64,000 bases of DNA from Phoronis australis (taxonomy: Eukaryota; Animalia; Phoronida): assembly GCA_002633005.1 (NCBI GenBank), contig NMRA01000130.1:742082-806081 (forward strand), given 5' to 3'. A program made the translations under genes and the position numbers. Numbering within the stretch: the first letter of the stretch is position 1; each line of letters begins with the position of its first letter. Positions 25,701-40,700 of this stretch are shown in pieces. The notes below the pieces were generated by a model. That model did no database searches, had not been told where the DNA came from, and saw only the letters and a list, made by a program, of their open reading frames with translations.

Positions 25701-28700
25701 TGAAGAAAAAAAAATTACCAGGGAAATCCAGGTTCGGTCTCCTGGCAACCGGACTACTAGGCTCTAGATTGTTCCAGGCTACAACAATCACTAACATACA
25801 AGAATCTTCTTGAATGTTCCCTACTATTCTATGCTAAACACAATTGATCATCACTGTAATGACTTATGTCAACCAAGTGCCAGTACAGAAAAAGAATGAC
25901 AACAAATCTCATCAAACTAAGAACAGTGTCAATCGTTTGACAAGGTTGGATTCTGTTTCAATGGCAGGGAACCACTTTAACATTGCAATTTAGTCGCGTT
26001 CCAGGCCTCTTTAACACCAAAATACACCATTGTTTTGGTTGTTGGGCGAGACTTGAGATGAAAGGTTGTTTACACTACAGCACAGCTTAAGAACGCTTAG
26101 TATTTGGAGACATTTTCAACAAGAGAGGTTAAATTGGTAAATACAGAAGGTAACACATTACCTTAGTTACGTGAAATCAACTAAAAACAGATTGCAACAT
26201 TTCGTATGTGCCAAAGTTTTATTTGCGTTATTCAGAAGAAAGGAGTTTTTGTATTATTTGTAATATTTCCTGTTTTAATGCAGTTTAGATGTAGTTGTAG
26301 CCAACCTTCGTCCAGAGGTAGTAATGTGATCAAGATCAGCTAATCAAGTGGTAGTGCTGGAGCGTGTGGAAGAAGGTCACGTGAGGAAGCGATAGATCTA
26401 GTCGATATGTGGCCATAAGAACGCCTGGAGAGTGTGGTGATTTCCCGTGAAAGTTAGATGCAGCCGTTTTGTGGCCCATTATGTTTGGTGGGCGTTACGT
26501 ATGCTGGGTATAACAGGGAGAGAGAGGAAGAGAGTTGTGGACCACATGGGGTGCCAGGCTGAAAGAGCATCGCAGCGGTTGTGAATATAGGAGAGGTCTG
26601 GTGTTCCTGAAGCTGGTGGAGAGAACTACAGTGTACATGTAGATGAGGAGCAAATGCCAATATACAGTCCTGCGCCGACATCTACAACCTAATGATTGGG
26701 CTGGCGTCGTTACACCAGAGGTTTGCAGGTAACGATCGACCTTTCTCGGTAAATCTTCCAGGAGCGCTGTGTACATATCAAAAAGTGCAGAAGAAGCAAC
26801 AATTTTGATTTGATAATACGCCTTCCGTGTATTTAATTTTACCAGAGGCTGGGAAATTCATAAAGTCCAATCTTTTAATACATGAGCTGGCATGTCATAC
26901 CCAGTAATTTATAGGATCAGCACGTTTACAAATTGGAAGCGAAAAATATACCTGTGTTGATAATATAAAGGTTTTAGCCACCGTAAAACGCATTTCAGTA
27001 CAAATCAACTTAACCAAAGCCCTCAGGAATGTTTAAAGTTGGCCAGCACGCCAATGCTGACTTAAACCTTGGATCGCTCTATATCAAAATAATATCAATA
27101 TTCCGTCGCTACTCCAGAGAAAGCTTACCTATTTGCAGTTGGCACTTGCTAACGCCGCTTTCAGAGTCTTCAGCAGTCCATGTCGTCACAAGCCTGTAGG
27201 TAGCTCCGCCAACTAGATTAATCATAAACGTCAAGTTAGATATTGTCGGTGGCACGTGGTCGACGATCAGCTTGTTTGATCGGAAATACGCTCGTAGCCC
27301 GGCGTTATTCTCGGATACCACGCTTGCGAAGAGTGGGGTACCGTGTGGCAAGTTGATGTCATAGCGCATACGCTGCTGTTGACCAAGGCTATGCAGCTGA
27401 GCGACTTGAAATCCACCGAACGATGTGCCAACACCTGCCAGGTTTTGTCGGATCCCGCTCTCGAGGTCTTTAGTGTGAAAACTTAGCAGCACTTCAAGTG
27501 GACCTAACTGCCGCAGATTAACAGTGGAATCAGGTTCAGAGATCGTCTCAGTAAGGCACACCTTCAGGGAAGCAGTAGCATTTGCCGACCCTGCATCTAA
27601 AATCAGCGTAAAGTTTGTTGATTTCGAATTTCTTGATGTAAAGCTGTATGTTGCCTGAGAGCCACCATCGGCAAGATACAGAAAACCCAAATCAAGATGT
27701 ACGCCGAAAAACTCCAGCGAGGCTTTAGGCAGCTTTTCAGAACTTTCAAAAACAAGTTCATAAAGGCTGTTTTCTTCAATAAAAATTTTATAAAAGTTTC
27801 TTCGTTTGCCGTTTGCCTGTGAAACAGAATCAGGAATAATTAGGCTACTTGACCATTTTGTGCATATAAAACCCACAGGAATAGTCGTGTCAACGAGAAT
27901 AGGGTCTGACATCACCTTCGACGACAGGCTACCGGCTGCGTCTCGAGCTTGAACGACAACAGCGTAAGAAGTATTCTCTTTTAAAGTAAGGTTACAAAGC
28001 TTCACTGCGTTTTTGATGCCCACAGAGTACTGGTTGACCAACGTGTTATTCCATAATACCATTTCTTCTATGCCCACGTAGTATTCCATTATGTGAGAGT
28101 GGAAATCTTCAAATCCTTCCCATGAAGCTCCAATACAGGTATCGGAGGTTGCGGACACGCTGTGAAAGTCTTTTGTGTTATAAACTGTTCCTCCTAATGG
28201 CATTACATTGTCAACTGTCACGCCATCTGACGAGACTGTGGTTGCGAGACCAATACTGTTTATCGCCTTCACGGTTGTGTAGTACGTCATGCCGTTAACA
28301 AGATTGAGGCCACGTTCAGTATGTGATGACGCGGTTGTTGTAAATTTTGGTTTCACAGAGCTGTCTGTAATTGAGATATACGAATGACTTCAGTGCTCAC
28401 ATTTTTAAAGATTGTTAATTTTCTGCGAGGAAAATCTAGAATACAAAGTTTTCAAAAGTACGAGAACTAAGTTGTAGTTTTGTGGGATTGTAAAACTAAG
28501 AGGAATGATTCAAACGCTAAACTTTTCCTGCAACAGTCCCATAAAACGTAATAACGATTTAGTACCTTACCTCCAGGAAAAAATCCCATTCTAACTTCGT
28601 ACTCCTTAATTCCACTGACAGTGTCGACGAACACATTTTTCCAACTCGCCGCAAGCTTTGTTGTGTCGGTTAAGAATTCTATGTCTTCATCACAGCGTGT

Positions 28701-31700
28701 GGCTTCATTGCAGTCAAGAACGTGACGACCTCGCCTCTGTACAGGAGCAGTCGTGTCAATCACCAGGTCAGGAGACTTAAATTGAGCCAAGGTAGAGCTA
28801 GAAAACCATGCCCTTACGTAAACTACATATTTTTCGGGTGGATCGGTTTGAAAGAAATTCCCAGGTGATAGACAGAACGTTGTATTTGTCCACAAGTCAA
28901 TGTTATGCCACACTGTCTCAGCGGTTAGGTTGAAAACACCATAACCAGGATCAGCACCAGAGACACCTAGTGAGTACTGATACCGTATGACGTGTTCCGG
29001 ACGTCCAGTTTCCCATTTCGCAGCAATGCAGCGTCGGTTCATAGCTGAAACAACTGGGGTTGTGAAACCAATAGAAACCGTAACATATGAAGGTGGACTT
29101 GTCATCAGAATACAACTAGAAATTTTGAATTTGTCGCATGTGCCTCCAATAGGCGCACACACGCAATCGTTGTTGCAAAAGGGTACATCGCAAGAGTACT
29201 TTTGAACGACCAATGTGCCCTGGACTGGATTAGACTGAACAGTCGAAACAAGTCTTACAAGATTCTTCAAAATCTTACTCCTCAAGCCAACGTTGTTTTC
29301 TGCGACCATGGAAATGTAAATACTGGAACCAATTCTCGGGTTGGTTGTTAAGAAGAATGACGCCTCTTGTTTCGTGGTCCCTGATTGAGGATTGTAAGGC
29401 TCTTTGACAAATCCACTCGTTAAATCATAAGAGCTATAATTGGTGCCTGCATAAAAGTGGTACTGCTTTATTCCAGAATGGGGATCAACAAATCCCGACC
29501 ACACTATCCTAAGTTTTATTTTGCCAGCTTCTTTGGACCAATATGATTGCAAAAATTGACCGATGTGCGGAGCGCTGGAATCTATCAACACGTTCGCGGT
29601 GGAATTTGAAGAAGTACAGAGTCCGGCGTCGTTGCAGGCTGTTACTGCTGCGTAATATCTATCTCCATCAGCGAGAGCGCGTTTTTCGCTTAAGCTTATA
29701 CTTAGCGACTCCTCATCACCGAGCTCAAGGTTTTCGACGGGACAAAGTCCATTATGGTGAGAAGTCACACTAATAATATGGCGGGTAAGAGGACTGTTGG
29801 CGTCTGTAAATTTCCATTTGAAATTTAATGCATTGGTTTCAAATTGAGTGTTATCATACAATGATAATAAACTCCCTCTTGTAAATACAGGATTCATAAC
29901 AGTTTGGGGCGGAGTGTTGTCGACTATGACTGGCTCAGACGTCGTTGTTACCTTCAGTCCCGCCTTGTTCCATGCACGCACGGTGACGAAAAGTTTCTTG
30001 CCTACTGGGAGATTCATATCAAATCGAACTTGCTCGTGAGCGTCATGGACGTTGACAAATTGCTGTATATCACAATGTCCCATTGACGTGCCGATACACC
30101 AGCTGTATCTTTCGATACCGGATTGCTGATCTTGAAATCCCATCCAGCTGGCGCTAAAGAACTTCCTGCAAATAATGCAAGAAAAATGCTGGCTTACGTT
30201 TAGAAATTCAATGACCACCATTGCAGGGTTAGTCATCGATAGCGCCCGCAATACTCTGAAGAAAAAACAGTTTACTTTATCAAAGGCTTCACTAAAATAC
30301 ATAAATAGAGCATCCACACTGGTTCTTTTTTACAATTCTCATTTACTTTACCTCGTCCGTGAAATCCAAAATTTAGGTTTCGCATGATACCTTTGCCCAA
30401 AACCCTTTTATGTTCAGGGTATAGTGGGGAAAGTTACATGTTTTAGTATATTGCAGGTGAGGCTGCTTATGCTACCTTGTGGGAGAGGCTAGTCTGTAAC
30501 TGCCGGGTGAATATTTCCCCGTATTGAAGACAAGGGTTACCCGAGTATTTTTCAAAGAGAAGAATGTCATACCTTGGTGATGACTCAATTATGAATGCCA
30601 TGGCAGGGAGTTAATCTACAGCATTGTTCCTAAGATTAAGTACATGGAAGTTATCAGGACACGTGGATTTTTTGGAGCTAAGACTCGGTTAGTTTATAGG
30701 CCAGCAAACCTCATCACTACACGCACTTTTACATTATTCTGTTCATTACCATGGACTATCTGTATGTAAGAGTGCGTGTTAATCTTGGTTGCCCAATATT
30801 GAAATGCCATCTCGCACGGCGCTTGCCTATCACATGAAAACGAGCGTTTTCCTTAAATATTTAGCGTACCTTGACGCTTGGTATCGACTGTGCTCAAAGC
30901 GTCTGTGTCCAATAGTCACAACACCAGCCAGTGGCGGTGTGGGATCAATGACCACACCGTCAGAGGAAGCGCGCGTACACAGACCAACAGAGTTGCAGGC
31001 TTCAACTGTTATGACGTACTTCCGGCCAGCTTTAAAGTTGCCAACAAAGACGAAGCCTGTAATGCAAACATGGTTCATTCGTGTGTTTCTATGGTTTCAG
31101 CCCAAACAGTCTTTATTTGCACTTTACAGTCCTTCCAACAGAAAATCAAAAGAATCTAGGGGTCATCTTGATCAGAGTCAACTTAAACATTGTGCGTGTG
31201 ATTGTGGTTTAGCTCTGATACAAAAAGCATCAGTTTTGTCCTTATTGGCCTCTTATTTTTTATTTGTGGGCCTTCAAGAGTGTACGAATAAAATGACACG
31301 CGTTTGCATACCGAAAATAGTAATTTTACATTATGGAACCAGGTAGATTGCATGCATGGAGTGCCAGCACATAAGGGGATTAAGAACTGATGCATAAGAA
31401 CTCTCAAATAAAACCAATACAGACAATTTCGTTGGGTACATCATGTGACAGGGGAGATAAACATGGAGACACCTTTTGTAGCGTCACTCAAAAGTGTCTA
31501 CAAGCCAGCCTGCGGGGCTGTGAACATTGAACGTTATCGTTATGGATAGATCTTGGATGTATGAACAAATTTAAGAAATCCCTCGAAAGGGCTTTCTTCA
31601 TGTTTTATTCCAAAATGTCTCAGTATTGCGTATTTTACACCTCTTAAGCGAATGTTTTTATAACTTTATTACATTTAAAATGTTTTCAAGAAGAAGTAGT

Positions 31701-34700
31701 TAATGGGAGTCAACATTTTAGAAACCATAATTCTACATTTTGATCAGCTATCGACAGTACATATTAAAGCTACGTAATAGAAGTTGGCCCATTTTTATCT
31801 ATCAGAAAAAAATTCAGCAAATTTCGGATACTGTGAGTATTTGGAGTAGTTTACGGAACTTTTCATAATTCTCAATGAATTTTTAATGAAGGATGTAATT
31901 GTATCAAATTTCCAATAATGTCCAATAATATAATTATATCTAATTGTGGATGAATGCCTGCATAAATTATCCACAAAAAACCTTTGTCTTTTTAGGTTAA
32001 AATCTTTTGAACCATTGAAATTATTTTCCTAATGTTCACGAAAACAACAACGGATTTAAAACTTGACATGTTTCGGTGTCATTTATTAAACACCATCCTC
32101 AGAAGTCATAATACAGTGGCCACCTAGCTAGGCCCAGCAACAAGTAATGAAGCACAGATACAGTCAGTTACAGGGAGTGACAATGAACTATACCAACAAT
32201 GACAACCTGTGGTGTGTCAGTTGCCTATTGAGATTGGGCTTGCACCAACTGATATGTAAAGCCTCACGAATTTTAAGCTCCTTTGTTGTTACTGCCTGGT
32301 CTATTATTGCAAAGTCATTGAAAGAGCACTGCTGATAACAATGATTGGAGCTCTGCAGGTGAATATTTACATGTGAATTACTGTCAGAATTTAGATGTTC
32401 NTAATGCAAACATGGTTCATTCGTGTGTATCTACGGTTTCAGCCCAAACAGTCTTTATTTGCACTTTACAGTCCTTCCAACAGAAAATCAAAAGAATCTA
32501 GGGGTCATCTTGATCAGAGTCAACTTAAACATTGTGCGTGTGATTGTGGTTTAGCTCTGATACAAAAAGCATTAATTTTGTCCTTATTGGCCTCTTATTT
32601 TTTATTTGTGGGCCTGCAAGAGTGTACGAATAAAATGACACGCGTTTGCATACCGAAAATAGTAATTTTACATTATCGAACCAGGTAGATTGCATGCATG
32701 GAGTGCCAGCACATAAGGGGATTAAGAACTGATGCATAAGAACTCTCAAATAAAACCAATACAAACAATTTCGTTGGGTGCATCAAGTGGCAGGGGAGAT
32801 AAACATGGAGACACCTTTTGTAGCGTCACTCAAAAGTGTCTACAAGCCAGTCTGCGGGGCTGTGAACATTGAACGTTATCGTTATGGATAGATCTTGGAG
32901 GTGTGAAAAAATTTAAGAAATCCCTCGAAAGGGCTTTCTTCATGTTTTATTCTAAAATGTCTCAGTATTGCGTATTTTACACATCTTAAGCGAATGTTTT
33001 CATAACTTTATTGCATTTAAAATGTTTTCAATAAGAAGTAGTTAATGGGAGTCAACATTTTAGAAACCATAATATTCTACATTTTGATCAGCTATCGACA
33101 GTACATATTAAAGCTACGTAATAGAAGTTGGCCCATTTTTATCTATCAGAAAAAAAATTCAGCAAATTTCGGATACTGTGAGTATTTGGAGTAGTTTATG
33201 GCACTTTTCATAATTCTCAATGAATTTTAATGAAGGATGTAATTGTATCAAATGTCCAATAATGTCCAATAATATAATTAAATCTAATTGTGGATGAATG
33301 CCTGCATAAATTATCCACAAAAAAACTTTGTCTTTTTAGGGTAAAAATCTTTTGAACCATTGAAATTATTTTCCTAATGGCTTAACCAGTAAATTGTATA
33401 ACCTCTCTGGTCCATTGCCCTCGTAAACTTCAGATAGAGAGATTGACTGTCTACATTTTCTATCCCGTTTTTAAGCCATTTTAAAACTACTACACTAATC
33501 AATCCCCTTGAAAGTGAAACTGAGCTACTTTGGGCCAAAAATAACAATGGTGCTCTAACTTAAGAAATAATGAACAAAGTTTTATACATATCTCGCCAGG
33601 ACCTATGAACACACGATTTTTGTCAAGATCTGAGTCGGTGACCCTAAAGTCGACCCTTTGGTGCCCTCGTGAAATGACAGCTAATTATCTTCAAGATTGT
33701 AAATGATTCTATTTTAAGTCTGCATGTTGTACACCTACACGTAGGGGCATGTTTCAAATTTTTACACTTTCGCACGGATTGAAAATTAATCGTAATACCT
33801 CAGTCTGAATGTCAATATTGTTGATAAATACACATACACCTATTTCGACAGAAACGCTCTTCGAGCGTACAATGAGTCTCCAAGAAAAAAACAAACGGAG
33901 CAGTGTTAAAGCATAGTGTAACTGCCATCCAATCAACAACAGCGATTGCACTGACTACCTGTTTTGAGTCCAACACTCGTTAAAAGTGGCTGAATTCCAT
34001 CCTCTTCGACACCAACTCTGTATTCAAATAGGGGTGTGTGTGGGTCATGAAAGGCAGACCACGAGGCACACAGCCTAGACGAGCTTATCTGGTAGTCAAC
34101 GTCACTCAGATCTGTCAGACTCGTGCAGTCTCGCACGACTCCACGTGATGGTGGTGTAGAGTCAAATATAAACTGCTCATTGAGAACAGATATCAATCCT
34201 GCCCCATTTGTGGCCTAAACAGAAAAAAAAAAACAAAACAGATTATTTTGAAATCAACCAGAAACTGCATGGCCATAGTCTATTGCTTTTAGAAGCTAAC
34301 AATCAATTTAAAATGTATTTAAAAATACAGCAGTAACTTTGGCTTTCATCATCAACACAACTCCGCGTAAAATGGACTGTCACTTCCAAGGCGAAACAGT
34401 AAGTGATTAAATGTCACTATATGGAGCACTTTAGTGTTATTGACGGATACAACAGTCCACGTCACACAAATTCCTTCACCTTTTCCAACAAATCTAGGAC
34501 TTCCTTACAATAAACAACGTTACCTTTAAAACACCCTTGCATAGCACGGGGTGCAGGTTAATTAAAGAACGTGCACATTCATTTACATGGAAGTGATTAC
34601 CTTTATCTGAGGATAGTACTTGTGTCCATCCTGGAAGTCAACTCCGTCTATAAAAATGTAGTTAGTGGTACATTTTTTGAACGGCAAGTTGTCTTGAAGC

Positions 34701-37700
34701 GTCTGTGACGATCCTATTGCGAACTCATAGCTGGCTATTCCACTCTCCTTGTCTTCAAAACCAAACCAGTGAAACTGCAACATGTTTCCGGCTAAATATT
34801 TGTAATTACTGTGGGGTGAACCGACAAGTAATTTGGCGTTTGAAGTAATAGGTGGCGTAGTGTCCACTAGGAACGGCTTTGAAGAAACTGAAGTTACGTG
34901 GCCAGCATAGTCTTCAGCTGAAAAAACAAATTGTTGGGAGCACCTTTAAACTAAATAACAGAACTTCATAGATAACATGTTAGCAAGACTAAAACCTCCT
35001 TCAATCGAACATTCTTCGTTGCTCATAAACTGTCGACGGAGGTTTTTACATACAAGATATTGAGATAAAATTGGGTAGCATTATCGCATTATACCACATT
35101 GTTCTACTCATACATAAACATTTAGATGTACAGGGTAAGTGGGCCGGAGAAAGTGAATGTTCATGTGTACATTTATCGAGATCACACGAAACCTGTGTAC
35201 CGTACGAACAAAAATGCGGATTCGTGCGGAAATTTGGCTTGTGGTACGCAAGTACGTAGTAGCAGGCAAAATACGCAAATCTCATGGGGATAATTTACAT
35301 ATTTGTTACTCATTTAGTAGTAAGCTAATTGTAGAAATGGAAGAACATTTTTAAATATGAATTTAAAAAACATGTATTTTTATTATTTTAACTAAAAAAA
35401 GAGCTGCAATGTCGGAGGCAAGATTATCGACGAATCGCAAGGCTTCTTCTGTCGTTATTCGTCATCGACGGACTAAGCTATGAGCAACGACTTCTGTGAT
35501 TGGTGTATTGTTTACTTTATTTAATTCCGACTGTCTCCGGCTAAATGCGAACTTTTGTTAAAATAGCAAATCGTGAAGGGCTGAATAGTCTGAGCAGTAA
35601 AGAAAAAAGCTTCTGAATGAAGGGGGGGGGGGTACATCCGCTTTTGCTACGTTATTCTGAAGAATAACAGTTTCTTGCAAAAGGGACTATCGAATTTATA
35701 TTTCAAGTTGTCTAGTGCAATGTTTTCTTGCGCACATCGTGGCTGCACTGACGCGGCACGTTGAGCCGTCAGCAACGGTTAAGGTTTTTTGAGAGGCAGT
35801 ACAGTGGTGCGTGTTAAAAAACGCTTGCAATGAACAAATTTTCCAATTTTTTTCAACAGTTAGGAACATGTCTGATGTAAAATTTTCCTATGCAGATTCA
35901 TGCGCACGTTTTGCAATATACATGTAGATTATTACGAGGGCTCTGGATAAGGGGGATAACGACTGAGAACATGTAAAAATCTATTTATACCACATACTAA
36001 AGGAGAAACATTGCAATGAATTGATCTACCTTTCTCGACTCGCCTCGGCTTTGTAACTACTTTCTGTGTCAAAAGCCTGAGGTGTGGGGTCGTGACCTTT
36101 CAAGAAACACCCAGTTTTTCTCGTTAAAATGTTTTTACTTAAAACCAAGAAAAATTGAAATAAAACAGAACTAAAGTGAATCTGTAAAATAATTTATTTT
36201 AAGCAGCTACTCTAGCTTACAACACATCTTATCATGCTAAGGTTCGACCGTGAAAATATCGTCTGCTAAAGTAGGTTACCACTGGTTACTGAGTTTTATG
36301 TCAAAGCATCCCGACCACACGTTATTCGCATTCAAACTGGAAATCGATGATTTACAAGTTAGAGGAAATGACGGATAAATTTTACTGAATTAAAGATGTC
36401 GTTTTATTGAAATTTTGCCCGTGCTCATTTAAGTATTAATTTCTACTTTCACATTCGATGACGTCAGCCATTGAGTGGTGAAGTGGTACAGTCGACGGCC
36501 CGAAACTCTTGCGGACTGGGTTCGAAACTTGCCTCGGTTTTTCGCCAAAATGTACTTAACGCCGTTAGAAAACAAAATGGGTTATTAAACGGTTATATTG
36601 GCCACGCGAGGCTGATATTGTAGTATAATGTATGATTTTGGTTATGTAGCATCTTCTATGAAACTAATAAGGTATCTTTAGAAAAAATTCTTCCTACTGA
36701 TTTACTGGATCATTTTACTACTGCAAAATCTTTATGAAGTTCATGAAAATTCGTAGTCAAATCACTATATTTATTAAACTGTTTGAAATATAAGTAGGTG
36801 AGAAAAGTACCAGTTGAGTGCAGTTTCAATAGGCAAACACGGTGAAAAGTTCGAATTTTGGATGTTTTGGTCAATACGAAAAATCTAGAAATTTAATGAA
36901 AAATCTGATAATCTAGAACCCAATATATTCCAATGCAGTTTTGGTGGTAAACAAGTCTATCACACTCACCTTCAGCAGTAACGAAATACTGTTTTCCACT
37001 GGCCAACGCAAGATTTTCAACAATGACGTGTGTTTGGACTCCCGTGCTTGTTCTATTGGCCACTTCGTATTGGTCAACCGACGTTCCTGTCCAGAATAAG
37101 CGTGAAACCAAACAATACAAAACCATTTAAACTCAAAACGGCGAAAACAAATAATCCCGCATTAGTCATTTGCAGTACATTTTATCATTAAGGTCAGTAT
37201 TTGGATTGTTTTGGCTACATGAACGACTTTTCGTTGAGAGAATATTTCGATGCACAGATGCTGCTTTATAGGCAAAACTCTGAAAGTCATAAGCACTACA
37301 TGTACTCACCGATGTAATAGCGATGATCCTTTATGCCCGACGATAACCCTGGCACGTTGTATTCAAGGTCTTTGAACTTGAACTGGAATTCAACAATGTC
37401 GTTGAATCTACTGAATTGCGTCCCAAAAGAGTTAGTGCTCAAAGACAACAAAGACAAGTGTTCATTAACTGGAGGCATTGTATCGATGATAAACCCGTTA
37501 CTACAAAGTCTCACCGCGGGCAGTTCCTCGGTGTGTGTAGTACGCCGTACTGTTTGAGGCTCTGTCCGAAGGCACGTGAAATATTTCCGGCCGTGAATAA
37601 GATTTGCTTTGAACTCAACATGGTTTTGAGTGTTGTTCACTGACGCTAAACATTGAGGACTGGATGAGCAATCCATTCTTGGATCAGCCTCCGTTGTCAA

Positions 37701-40700
37701 TATCCAGGAGTAACTCATGTACCGAGGTCCAGTGAACAGAGCGTATGCTTTGTCTGTCGTGTTGGTAAAGTCCACCTCAGCGTTATGCAATTCTTTCAGC
37801 ATTTTGGTTTGCATGTTTTTTGCATGAGCTGTTTGGCTGAACAGATCAATGCCCGCATTGGTAAGATCGTGCACAGCCTTGTCTACAACTGTGGAAGAGT
37901 ACTTTTCGATAGTGATCTTCTTGATGTGACGTGTTGCCACGTTTGCCTTGGAATAGCCAGTTATGAGTAGGTACATTGACTGCAGTCTGTGTTTTTTCCA
38001 GGGAAGAATTGCAAAATCCTGTAAAAGGTTAAATATGAGTCTGCAATGATGTATGTGACATTCAGAAGACAGATCTTTGAGATAAACACGGCACTGGTGT
38101 TGACTATTAGCACAAACATTTAGGTTCTCATTTCCCCCATACACTTGGGGGCAGAAAAGTGTCCCGTTTAATGTGTTAGATAAGGAGTGAGAGGAAACTA
38201 TTACATTTGAAAGTATATTAGGCGGATGCCTTTTAAGTACCAGTTTGCAAACCGACAAATAAAAAAAGACTTTTCCCGACAAGGGAGAACTTCAGTGAGC
38301 TCTTCAAGAAATGGGACAATTTCCAAGTTACCCAAATGGTGCTATATTTTCAATATAGTGATTGTTTACATGGTGACTCCTTGAATAGGATCCTCGGTTA
38401 GCACAAACAGCCTCCGGGGTATCATTTAATGGGTGACATCAATCGTTATATTCTGTTTACACGAGGCCCCTAATGATTTTATCGACAACAATTAGGCCTT
38501 AGACTTCATAAGCTGGAGTATGATGAATGTCAACCAAAGAAGATTTAGCAACAATCATCATCAAATTTAAGTTACCTGGGTTTTATTAAATACAGGTATC
38601 CATGTCTTCATGACCTCTTTGGCAGACGTACTTGACGACAAGGTCCATTCGTAGCACAAAACTTGTTCTTTAAGGGCTCCGCTAAGAACAACAAATCTCT
38701 GCCAATGAACCGATATCTCAGCAACGTATGCACCCGAACTTCCATTAAGATTAACCACTGGAGCTATAGCACCGACTTTTGCTTGATCCGGTGTAATTTT
38801 TACCCCATTTGACGCAGATTCCATTAGACAGATCCGGTGGAAACATGGCCGTACTTGTAATCTATATCTGTATCCAGATTTCAATTTCAAACCGTTAAAT
38901 TTACAGAGCTGCTGTTTACCCTGTGGTGTCCAAGGAACTAAAATGTCGTCATAAGTGCAACCGAACTCATCGCACGCGTCTTCGGCGACCGAACATTCGT
39001 AATGAGTAACCTTCTCGTGAACAGCTGCTGGTGTCTGCCAATAACTACTTAGGAATGTTGCGCCAGCTTGATAATCGTCATCCACGGAACACGGCAGGAG
39101 AGAAAAAGAGGTTATGTTACGCTTGGCATCGCCGGTGTTGGTGACCGTGAATGTGTATGGTTTGTTTGTCCAGTCAAACGTATAGAATGCTATTCTAGCA
39201 CCGTCCTTAGACGTGAAGAAGGTGTTTTCTGGTTCCACACCATATTGTGTCATCTTCAGGCTGGAAAGATCTTCTGTACTGGACAGTTTTACGGTGTACC
39301 GAACGCCAAGGATCCCAGAATAGTTAAATTCAACACTGCTAGATTGAGAAGGCTGTATCAGGAGACTCCCTAAAACTTCCTCTGGACTTGAATACATACA
39401 TCCCGCGCCGTCAAACACGTCAAAAGTACTCAAGTGAAGAGATTTGCTGACTACCAGTGCCCCGTCTGATGACACAATTACAGAATTTGTCCCGGATATG
39501 GATGATGTTGCTTTGACTGTTGCGTAGACCACAGTAAAATCAGATTGTTGTGTTGGAATACTCATACACACGTACCGCCTTCCTGAGGGGATATGTCTAT
39601 AGTCCATGATGTCCGATTTGAGCTTGGAAGAGCCCAAACCAACAGAATATTGCAAACTTCCATAGTGTGCTTTAAACCCCGTCCAACTGACGCAGTACTG
39701 ACCGAGCAACAAGAAATCAACATCTTGTTCATTCTCGCCAGGCAGAACATCGAATACAGTACCAGGAATAATGTCTGGCGCCATATTAAACGTTGGAGAT
39801 TGAAAAATATTATACAAGCCGGCTTTGTTGAAGACCTTTAGACTCACTACGTAATTTTGTCCCAATGCAGCGTCATGCTGCGTTAAAAGATCTTTTTTGA
39901 TAGTGAGGCAATACGTGTACCGGCCACAAGAAGTCCTTGGACGAAAGCTTTCAAATGAAAACAGTGCTTGAATGTTGTTCTCAGTCCCTAGCCAAGGAAA
40001 AATATACTTATAAGTGCACGATCAACGTATTCTATCCTGTTTAGAAAACATACAATTGCCGCACAAATAAAAAGGTTCAAGTTAACTCAACGCTTCGTCT
40101 ATTCATAATACATCATCAGGATATGTACAGTAGGACAACAAGTGTCGATTATCATTCAAGTCACATCCATGTGGTGAAATGAGAGTGAGAGATACAGGGA
40201 AAGTAAGTAGGTCATCACCATAGTTGTAGGGTCACTGAGCTCTGCATGTTATTGAGAGAATAAGTAGCATGCTGGTCCTGAATAGCCAATGACTTAGCAG
40301 GTTCTTTACAACTATAAGTTGTACGGCTGGGCTTATGCAATGCATAAGGCGAGATAGCTGACGTTTCATCCAACAACAATTTCAACCATTTTATTGCTGT
40401 ATTTTTCACCCACGAAAGCAAGTGTGTGGCTATTAGGAACAGCTCAACTGAAATGGGACTTTCCCAAATAAGTGAGTTCGGGAAAACTAGATTACGTACT
40501 TACAAGGTTTGCCCAGACAACCCCACCCTCACAACTGCATCAAATGAGAAGTTCTAAAAGAGTATTATTAACCGAAATTCAAGATTCCCATTTACCACTC
40601 CAACACCTGAAAAAGTTATACTCTTTAAATCTTTAAATCGATAGGTTATAGAGAGCGTTCACATCTTGCATCATCACTGGAGTTAGAGGAGGTTTGAAAA

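Larger units (their letters stand above)
31060..33379. repeat. Near-identical ~975-bp duplication (31060-32034 and 32402-33379), likely two haplotypes assembled in tandem
   Basis: The copies align end to end with scattered SNPs and small indels. The second copy starts right after the single N at 32401. Confidence 0.85.

Noticed and set aside
30789-31346. 185-aa plus-strand ORF and similar antisense ORFs over the large exons
   Set aside because: Antisense shadows of the minus-strand gene; no independent motifs.
36466-36545. Functional tRNA gene
   Set aside because: A and B boxes are present but the stems do not form a cloverleaf, so it is called a SINE relic instead.
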